A stretch of DNA of 59,098 nt, the filler included. It is 4 parts of 4 records of this genome, joined end to end, with 100 filler letters (N's around TTAATTAATTAA, not from the genome) between each part and the next. Parts side by side here need not be neighbours in the genome. Positions count along the whole stretch, not along the records: positions 1 to 13,006 come from SRR31156797_6698; positions 13,107 to 24,444 come from SRR31156797_6701; 2 more parts are not named here. One strand, written 5' to 3'. Position numbers and translations under genes: made by a program. Position 1 is the stretch's first letter; each line of letters begins with the position of its first letter. Shown here piece after piece: positions 9,385-17,166 of this stretch. The notes beneath the pieces are model-generated. The model saw only the letters and a list, made by a program, of their open reading frames with translations. It did not search any database and had not been told where the DNA came from.

Positions 9385-10923
9385 TCAGGTTCCCCAGCTC
9401 TCCCTGTCCAAACTGCGGTAGTGGATGGCTTCGGCCAGATGTTCGGTTTTGATGTCGGGGCTGCCGGCCAGGTCGGCGATGGTACGTGATACTTTTAAAA
9501 TACGGTCGTAGGCGCGAGCCGACAGACTGAGTTTTTCCATGGCATTTTTCAGCAGCGAGTGCCCGGTTTCGTCCACCTTGCATATGTTGCGCAATTGTTT
9601 GCTCGTCATTTGCGCATTACAGTGGGTGCCTTTGTTTTCGGCATAGCGGTCTTCCTGCATTTTTCGGGCAACGACAACGCGCTCGCGGATACTTTCACTT
9701 TTTTCGGTTGCCCGGGATTCCGTTAGTTCCCGGAAAGGAACCGGTACTACTTCTACATGAATATCAATGCGATCGAGTAATGGACCTGATATTTTGTTGA
9801 GGTATTTCTGTACGATCCCAGGGCCGCATACACAATCCATTTCGGGATGATTGTAATAACCGCAGGGGCACGGGTTCATGGCGGCAACCATCATAAAGCT
9901 GGCCGGATATTCCACCGAAAAGCGCGCACGGGAAATCGTAACCACCCTATCTTCGATGGGTTGGCGCATCACTTCTAACACTGTTCGTTTGAATTCCGGC
10001 AACTCATCCAAAAACAAAACGCCATTGTGAGCCAATGATATTTCACCGGGTTGCGGGTTTTGTCCGCCGCCCACCAGGGCAACATCAGAGATCGTATGGT
10101 GTGGTGACCGGAATGGCCGGATGGAGATCAGGGAAGCTTCGGTGTGCATCTTACCGGCAACACTGTGGATTTTGGTTGTTTCGAGTGCCTCGTGCAGGTT
10201 GAGTGGAGGCAGTATGGACGGCAGGCGCTTGGCCAGCATGGTTTTGCCGGATCCCGGAGGCCCGATCAGGATGGCATTGTGACCACCGGCAGCTGCAATT
10301 TCGAGTGCCCGCTTGATGTTTTCCTGTCCCTTGACATCCGAAAAGTCAAATTCATATTCGTTGAGGCTGGCATAAAATTCATCACGTGTGTCGATGATGG
10401 TGGGTTCCAGTTCAGCATCACCATTGAAGAAACCGATAACCTCGGTGATATTTTCAACACCATAAACGTCAAGGTCGTTCACAATTGCAGCCTCGCGGGC
10501 ATTTTGTGCCGGAAGGATAAACCCTTTAAACCCTTTGTTGCGTGCCTCAATGGCGATGGGCAAAGCCCCTTTGATGGGTTGTAATCCGCCATCCAGCGAA
10601 AGCTCACCCATGATGATGTATTCATTGAGGCCGTCAGCTTTAATCTGCTCCGAAGCAGCCAAAACACCCAGCGCAATTGTTAGGTCATAAGCCGACCCTT
10701 CTTTGCGAATATCGGCAGGAGCCATATTGATTACGATCTTTTTGCCGGGCAATCGGAATCCGTTAAAAGTAAGCGCTGATTCGATGCGTTGCTGGCTTTC
10801 TTTAACTGCGCTGTCGGGGAGGCCCACCAGGAAAAAGTTTACGCCCTTGCCAATGTTTACTTCAACTGTTATGGTGATGGCATCTACGCCCTGGATCGCA
10901 CTTCCGTAGGTTTTTACTAACAT
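9385..10923 (-). CDS. comM: YifB/ComM family Mg-chelatase-like AAA+ ATPase
   Basis: VGLPDSAVKES, GPPGSGKTML, PFRSPHHTIS, LAHNGVLFLDE, MNPCPCG, SGPLLDRIDI. Confidence 0.95.
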   Translation of the reverse strand: MLVKTYGSAIQGVDAITITVEVNIGKGVNFFLVGLPDSAVKESQQRIESALTFNGFRLPGKKIVINMAPADIRKEGSAYDLTIALGVLAASEQIKADGLNEYIIMGELSLDGGLQPIKGALPIAIEARNKGFKGFILPAQNAREAAIVNDLDVYGVENITEVIGFFNGDAELEPTIIDTRDEFYASLNEYEFDFSDVKGQENIKRALEIAAAGGHNAILIGPPGSGKTMLAKRLPSILPPLNLHEALETTKIHSVAGKMHTEASLISIRPFRSPHHTISDVALVGGGQNPQPGEISLAHNGVLFLDELPEFKRTVLEVMRQPIEDRVVTISRARFSVEYPASFMMVAAMNPCPCGYYNHPEMDCVCGPGIVQKYLNKISGPLLDRIDIHVEVVPVPFRELTESRATEKSESIRERVVVARKMQEDRYAENKGTHCNAQMTSKQLRNICKVDETGHSLLKNAMEKLSLSARAYDRILKVSRTIADLAGSPDIKTEHLAEAIHYRSLDRESWGT

Positions 10924-11061
10924 GGGTATTTCAGGTAAATAATGATACAGCCTGCAAGTTAGTAAATATCAGACAAAGGCTGTGACATACCGGAAATTTT
11001 TTTGATTTGTCATGTAATCGTTTAGTGATTGATACTAAAAGGGCTTGACTATCCGATTGTG

Positions 11062-13006
11062 TTATTCGGTTCCTTTTTTTGAGTTTTCCGAATCGTTTTT
11101 AAAGGGATTTATCACTTTTCCACGCGCTTCTTTTATAACACCCACAAATGCATCATGATCTGTAGCCAATATCCTGTTCATACATTCCAGCGCTGATTCA
11201 CGCGTTTTGAAATAGCCAAATCGGATCTTATATTTATCATCTATCTGGACAATGCCGGCAGGGTATTCAACCAGGTTCTCAACAGCATCAAATTCCTGAT
11301 TTGCAATTTCCAGTGTTGGACATGATGCAGACTGGACAAAGTAATTACCCGCATAGATGTCCAGTGTCGGGATACCCGGTTCTTCCGTTGGTTGAGAATT
11401 TAAAGTATCCGGATTTATAGTCTGTTGTGGAGGTATGGAATGAGTTACCGATTCCTCATGGGGAACATCAGGTTCATTTTGCTGCAATGCTTCAGCGCGT
11501 TCTTCCACCGGCCTGGTGATGGTAAAATCAATGCCGTCCACAATGTCGCCCCATTCAGAGGGCAAAATGGTGAATTTTCTGAATTTTGGTTCATGGCTCC
11601 ATCCCAGCTTTTCCATCTGTACCGGGTCAAGCATAGCAAAATATTCACCCGGAGCCAACCCCAGGAAAGTATAATAGCCATCCCGCTCACTCATTATTTG
11701 TTTTACACGGGTGCTATCTGTGTCATAGATGTTGATGAGAATTCGGCCCTGTCCAACACGGCTATTGCCCTTGTGGATATAAATTACGCCATTTACCTCA
11801 CCCATTGGATAAACCGGGATTTCGATGCGTTTAAACTGGTTTGGATCCACATGTACCCGGATGGCCTTGTTGCGTAATTGCCAGGCAATGTTTTCGAACC
11901 CGTCGTTTTTAAGTTCTATTAAATAGCTGGTATAGGGTTCGAGGTCCATAATCCTTGTCAGCGAGTCCTTTTCCCGATCCAGGAAACGGCCTCCATTGAT
12001 CAGTAAATCAATTTCCGGAACGATGGGTTCGTCATCATCTTTTTCGTTGTTAAAATTGACATCGAGGAAAGGTACAATAGTTAACCCACCTCTGGTGGTG
12101 GCTGAACGATTATCAGGGTGGATGTAGCCGTTTCCACTGCCAAAAGCAAGGCTTCCGGCCAGGCCCTGGGTTGTTTGCACACCTGAATTGCTAAACCGTG
12201 CAGTCGCACTGGATTGAGCAAAAGGCAGGTCGTACCTGAATGACAGGTTAACACTGCGGGTATTTGAAACGAGGTTATTCTCAAAGTTAACTGAAGCATA
12301 CCCCTGGCGGGCAATCCGCTTTTCGAGTTCAACTCTGTACGACATCACATCCATAGCCTCGATGCTGAATTGCATTTGTGATCGAAGTGAAAACCCACGG
12401 GGTAAACGCAGGCTTCCGGAAAGGTTTGTGTTAAAGAATGGTTTTGAACTTCCTGTCCAATTGGCATTGGTGGTTAGGTTGGTACTCACCGGGCCAATAT
12501 TCGTTGTTAAAAGAAACTCAGCCGTGTTGTAGGTAAAATTTTCATACACATTCTGCTTGAATCCCAACCGGGTGTACCCTTTAAAAAACAACAGGTTAAT
12601 AGGTATGGATACATTGATACGTCTTTCTTCAAGATAATTAAACCGGATGGCTTCCTGTCCGGGCTCATACCGCGCATATTCCACCTCGAAAGAGGCATTG
12701 CTTTTTGTGCGGTAGCTCATCAATGCCTGCGCACGTACTTTATCTGCATATTCACCCGTAATCAGAAAGTTACTTCCAGGTGAAAATGACCCGCGTAAAA
12801 ATGGAATCCTGTCATTGTTGGGCAAAAAAGAATAATACTCATAACCACCACCCAGAGTCAGGAACCTGTTCAAGCCATAATTTACTTCTGCTCTGGCAAA
12901 ATTTGAACGCAGGGTATCGTCAACCATTCCACCACGAATTGTGTACTCGAGTTCTCCTTTTGGGAGGAAATTATAGGGGATTGATATGGGCTGTTCACGG
13001 ATCCGT
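11062..13006 (-). CDS. Usher-like outer-membrane beta-barrel protein with Ig/carboxypeptidase-regulatory-like domains and C-terminal SPOR domain (5' truncated at contig end)
   Basis: Frame is open from 12927 to the contig edge (RIREQPISIPYNFLPKGELEYT); alternating beta strands; PFLDVNFNNEKD and SERDGYYTFLGLAPGEY motifs; C-terminal YFVQSAS...YKIRFGYFKTRESA. Confidence 0.55.
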
Positions 13007-13106
13007 NNNNNNNNNNNNNNNNNNNNNNNNNNNNNNNNNNNNNNNNNNNNTTAATTAATTAANNNNNNNNNNNNNNNNNNNNNNNNNNNNNNNNNNNNNN
13101 NNNNNN
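13007..13106. other. Artificial contig linker
   Basis: N run with central TTAATTAATTAA (stops in all frames). Confidence 0.98.
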
Positions 13107-13235
13107 GGTATCGAGATAGGTGTCGCCGAGTGGGTTCCTTTCTTTTAATGATAGTTTTCGAACCTGTTCCTCGATGGAGGAAATTTTCTCGTTAATGGAG
13201 AGAAACATTTTTAGGGTTGCGTTGTCTTTTTCCAT
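13107..13235 (-). CDS. Excisionase-like HTH (HTH_17 type) protein, N-terminal part, truncated; not in ORF track
   Basis: MEKDNATLKMFLSINEKISSIEEQVRKLSLKERNPLGDTYLDT: coiled-coil then (W/Y)LD, which typically precedes the HTH in Bacteroidota xis-like proteins; lies downstream of RteC. Confidence 0.55.
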
Positions 13236-13325
13236 GTCTTTAACAATTAATGATCAGTGATCAGTTTGGTTATTATTAATCGAATCCGAGATTTAAAATT
13301 CCTTTTCTCCTCAAGCCGGAAGGCT

Positions 13326-13493
13326 CTTCCTTTCTGCATTGATCAGAAAGGAAGCAAAGAATCTAGGGTGTGTAAGCCCAAACTTCTTCTACTTGCAAAC
13401 TTTAAGTGCGGCGGAGTGATCTTCTCATTCTTCGAAGCTTCTCCGTCTTTCTAAAAGTTTTCTGCAGATAAGTAGCTTGTCCTTCCAATACCC
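13326..13493. other. Structured non-coding element (two hairpins)
   Basis: CTTCCTTTCTG/CAGAAAGGAAG stem (13326-13354) plus a long imperfect stem CTACTT..AAACTTT..GGCGGAG / CTCCGTC..AAAGTTT..AAGTAG (13389-13475). Confidence 0.55.
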
Positions 13494-13851
13494 ATCAAAC
13501 CAGATGTAACTTTAGATTTAAATATTGTATTTTCTCAAAACATTACTTTCTAAAAAACATCGTCATAATTCTCAAAAAAACAATTTCAACTCTTGATTGA
13601 CATTACTGATGCAAGTTTAAGGCAGGTGATTGGAAAAAACATCCAGCTTGGATGATGTTTTTTTGTGGTGGAATTGTACACAAAGAGTCTGTATTGCTTT
13701 GTTTGTGCAACATTCAGACTCTTTTATTTTTTCTATTTATTTTGCTATTTGCTTTGCTTTTGTTCTGTTTGCTTCGATGAGGATTCAAGGTGGATACAGG
13801 TTGAATGTAAATTGAAGAAAAAGAATCTTCTCTATTGATCCTAACCGATTG

Positions 13852-14850
13852 CTATTTATCGCTTATCGAGTATTCCAATTCTTCTTTCAGTTTGTCCAAA
13901 AATGAAGTCGGACTGTTTCGCCCAGTCAGTTTTGCTATTCTACTGTCAGCATCCTGAATGGGTTCCATATTTAAAAACTCCTCAAATTTCTGGACGAGTT
14001 CTTTTCTACTTAATGGATCTCCAGAATTCATTTTAACCGCTTTGCATCTATGAAGTGCTGCAATCAATTCCAAAAAATCTGTTTTAGACTTATTCCAAGT
14101 CAAACCCGAAGAACTTCTTTTTTTCGAATCGTTTCCATGTAGTAGCATTTCCTTATATGTTTCTAGTTTGGATTCTAAAAACAGATTGACCGGTGAATCG
14201 TATAAATCGATGCCCTTCATCTTCAGGTCTCTTGCCAAGTTTCGTTTTTCTTCCTTCAGATATTCTATCTTATCGAAAGCGGATGTAATTTCACGCAATT
14301 CATCCTTCATTTTCATTAGTACAGGGAAGCATTCCTTAAAATCATCTTTCCAGGATTTGTTCTCCCGTTTGTTTTTCTTTCCTGATTTTTTCCTGGACGA
14401 ACTATTGTTCTCTCGCTGGCAAGTTTTAATCACATCAATTGAATCGATCACAACTTCATATTGAGCATGCAAGTATTTCTCCAAATGGATGAACTCTTCA
14501 GGACCTGTATTGATACAACTAATCTCATTATTGGATTTGGATACCATTTTGATATTAGGTCCGGAATAATTTGATTGGGTATTGGATTGCAACTGAGACT
14601 TTATCAGTTCAAATATTCGGATTGTAGTCGCCAAATACATTTGAACTTCTCCCTGAGTTTTTAAAATTCTCAGATTCGTTCTCAATTCATTTACAAAGTC
14701 GATCTGAAGTTTATTTAAGTGATACTTGTAGCCATTTAAACAAATATGCTCGTTAAAGTATACTTTGTAATCTTTTTCTTCTTTTTCAAATTGCACTATA
14801 GCTTTTGAAAGTTCGGTTGTTAGTAGTAGAAAACTATTTTCGGTTATCAT
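13852..14850 (-). CDS. RteC-domain protein
   Basis: C-terminal LTWNKSKTDFLELIAALH...SRKELVQKFEEFLNM......KLTGRNSPTSFLDKL matches the RteC domain pattern. Confidence 0.75.
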   Translation of the reverse strand: MITENSFLLLTTELSKAIVQFEKEEKDYKVYFNEHICLNGYKYHLNKLQIDFVNELRTNLRILKTQGEVQMYLATTIRIFELIKSQLQSNTQSNYSGPNIKMVSKSNNEISCINTGPEEFIHLEKYLHAQYEVVIDSIDVIKTCQRENNSSSRKKSGKKNKRENKSWKDDFKECFPVLMKMKDELREITSAFDKIEYLKEEKRNLARDLKMKGIDLYDSPVNLFLESKLETYKEMLLHGNDSKKRSSSGLTWNKSKTDFLELIAALHRCKAVKMNSGDPLSRKELVQKFEEFLNMEPIQDADSRIAKLTGRNSPTSFLDKLKEELEYSISDK

Positions 14851-14896
14851 ACGAAAAGTTATTTCCTTACTAATTTAGAAAAGATTAAACAGTATG

Positions 14897-14904
14897 CAAA
14901 TTTA
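14897..14904 (-). promoter_or_regulatory. Bacteroidota -7 element (TAAATTTG) for the RteC-domain gene
   Basis: TAnnTTTG consensus about 47 nt upstream of ATG 14850. Confidence 0.6.
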
Positions 14905-14927
14905 ATTTGTTAAAATAAACAATTGAT

Positions 14928-14987
14928 TTAAAGTGAAATAATTTTATTTAACTCATCTAAAACAGATTTTTCAAATGATTCTAGATT
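14928..14987 (-). pseudogene. Orphan, diverged integrase 3'-end remnant (copy 3)
   Basis: Translates NLESFEKSVLDELNKIISL* versus YLDSFENEVLDAANRLITL* of the integrase at 24348-24444; same length to the stop. Confidence 0.75.
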
Positions 14988-15022
14988 AAAAATTTAGGAA
15001 GCTTAAATAAGCTTCCTAAATT
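14988..15022 (-). terminator. Intrinsic terminator of the 597-aa gene
   Basis: AATTTAGGAAGCTTA/TAAGCTTCCTAAATT inverted repeat followed by Ts on the minus strand. Confidence 0.8.
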
Positions 15023-15033
15023 AAATGTTTAAT

Positions 15034-16827
15034 TTATTTCGTGAATATTCTTTTGGCTTCACTTTCATTATTACCGGTAAGGTTATAGGTTACACCGACA
15101 AAAAAGCCTATTTTAAAAGGGTCATTCTTACGGTACAAAATTTCATTAGGTAATTCTCCAATTGGTTTAGCTATACCTTCTTTGTCACTATATTCAGGAT
15201 CGATTCTATTCACCTGTCCACCAACTATTCCAGAACTTAGAATTATTCTTTCACTTTTACCAAATATCAAGGATCCGCCTAAGTAATAATTAATTTTTTC
15301 TGAATTCGTTGCGGCACCAAAGTTTCCTGCAAGTTTGACATTTGCAGTAGATCTCTTGTAAACATTAAACAGAACACCAACATAGGGCATAAACTTATCG
15401 GAAGTCCTTACTTTCTTAATTGCAGTACTGTCGGGTGTAACCGCCTCGAACCTATACTCATCGTCCTTTAATCCTATATTGAATAACATCCCTGCACTAA
15501 TATCAATCTTAATTCCTCCTTCAATTGGTAAAGAATAATTTTTTGAAATTGGCTGAGTAACTGTATTGAATTGATTATCACGAGGAGTCGCTTCCATACT
15601 ATAAAATATATTATCAGCCTTAGGATTTATGTCTGTTGTCTGAAAACATACAGTCCAATTTTTAATGTTAATTTGCTCATATAGCTTTTGAATTTCATTA
15701 ACAAAATCATACTGTTTATTAAAATTTAAGTTTATATGGAATTGTTTCAATTTGGCATATGTTGCACTAACCTCTTTGTCTGAATCTATTTTTTCATAGG
15801 CTTTATCTACTGCCATAAATTTATCCTTAACATCCTGTATTCTTTCATTACAACCATTTACAACTTCACCAATTGCGCATTCTTTACCAAAAAATAGTTT
15901 GGTCAAATTATCTCTTTCCTTCAGAATTGTATTAAACTTTTTACTGGAGTACAATAAAAATTGAAGCTGAGAATAGTAAGATTTTAAATCTGATAATTTA
16001 TCAACAGCACTTCTATATTCATTAACTGATTCAATAAAAAATGTTTTAAACAAATAGGTATCATCCTCTTGTGAAGCTAAAATTTCCTTCTCCAAATTTA
16101 AAATTTCAATAGAATCAGAAAGATTCTCAATTTGATCTTTAAGTAACGCATGATCAGATTTAAGAGCTTTAAATGTTTCTCCAAAATCTTCCGAAGGATA
16201 TTTTAATGATAATCTAATTTTAAGTTCTGAAAGTGTATCAGCTTTTATAGATTTCGCATCTAGATAATTATTCAGTTCTAATACTTGTAACTCTAACGAT
16301 TTCAGCTTCCTCTGCTTAAATTTTAGTTTAATTTCTTTTGTTTTTATTTCATTAACCTTTGCTTCAGTAACTTGCTTTATTTGTGTTTTATCTATGGCGA
16401 TATCATTGATATTTTTAAGCAACACTTCATTGAGATTAAAATCACTTACTGGATAAAACATGTTGTGCTTTTTCTCTGTACTTTCTTTACTAATCCAATC
16501 TTTCTGTACTTCGTTTAATGAAACATCATACAAAAAGGTATTGATGTTCTCAAATTTTAAAAGAATCTCATCGTTGTAGTGTGCTACAGAAGGGAGCTGT
16601 TTCATTTTTTCATTAACTGTTATCACAAGCGTATCTCTTAAGCCTTGATACTTTCGAGATCTACGATCCAGTTTCCGCAGTTTCTTTTGCTCTTTAATCA
16701 ATTTTCTTTTATCCCTCCATTCTTTTTTAGTCATTAGGGAAGAGTTCTGAGAACTGACAACTAGTGTACTAATAAATGTACACATCAATACAGTTAATAC
16801 CAATTTTTGGATTGTTGTAAATTTCAT
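15034..16827 (-). CDS. Hypothetical secreted/outer-membrane protein (signal peptide, basic segment, coiled coil, C-terminal beta-rich domain)
   Basis: 597-aa ORF with hydrophobic N-terminus, heptad-rich middle and alternating beta strands ending GFFVGVTYNL. Confidence 0.75.
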   Translation of the reverse strand: MKFTTIQKLVLTVLMCTFISTLVVSSQNSSLMTKKEWRDKRKLIKEQKKLRKLDRRSRKYQGLRDTLVITVNEKMKQLPSVAHYNDEILLKFENINTFLYDVSLNEVQKDWISKESTEKKHNMFYPVSDFNLNEVLLKNINDIAIDKTQIKQVTEAKVNEIKTKEIKLKFKQRKLKSLELQVLELNNYLDAKSIKADTLSELKIRLSLKYPSEDFGETFKALKSDHALLKDQIENLSDSIEILNLEKEILASQEDDTYLFKTFFIESVNEYRSAVDKLSDLKSYYSQLQFLLYSSKKFNTILKERDNLTKLFFGKECAIGEVVNGCNERIQDVKDKFMAVDKAYEKIDSDKEVSATYAKLKQFHINLNFNKQYDFVNEIQKLYEQINIKNWTVCFQTTDINPKADNIFYSMEATPRDNQFNTVTQPISKNYSLPIEGGIKIDISAGMLFNIGLKDDEYRFEAVTPDSTAIKKVRTSDKFMPYVGVLFNVYKRSTANVKLAGNFGAATNSEKINYYLGGSLIFGKSERIILSSGIVGGQVNRIDPEYSDKEGIAKPIGELPNEILYRKNDPFKIGFFVGVTYNLTGNNESEAKRIFTK

Positions 16828-16929
16828 AAAATAAACTTTTGTAAGTAGTTAATAATATTATTTTAATTAATAAACATACAATTTACGTCAATCTACTCGA
16901 TCTAAAAAAAATATTTTTAATGTTAATAA

Positions 16930-17004
16930 CTATAGGGTAATCAACCTGTTTGCAGCATCTAAAACCTCATTTTCGAAACTGTCGAGGTAGATTTGAGTTG
17001 TTTT
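16930..17004 (-). pseudogene. Orphan integrase 3'-end copy (copy 2)
   Basis: Encodes KTTQIYLDSFENEVLDAANRLITL*, identical in protein to 24348-24422, with 9 synonymous changes and a different stop codon. Confidence 0.93.
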
Positions 17005-17166
17005 GTGTTTTAACTTCCTGGAAAATGCGCTTCACATTCCCCATGCATCATTGCATCTCAGACTTCTTGCATAGCAATTTCCATCATATCAATCAGAATA
17101 AAACTTATCTGCGTTAGTACTCCTACCATACCAAGGTTTACATCGTTTAAAAGTGAATGCAAATCA

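Noticed and set aside
13007-13106. TTAATTAATTAA palindrome inside N runs (also 24445-24544 and 36469-36568)
   Set aside because: Identical 100-nt artificial contig linker, not biological.
13257-13815. Short plus-strand ORFs (65 and 61 aa)
   Set aside because: Non-ATG starts, no motifs, and they overlap hairpin/promoter sequence on the opposite strand.
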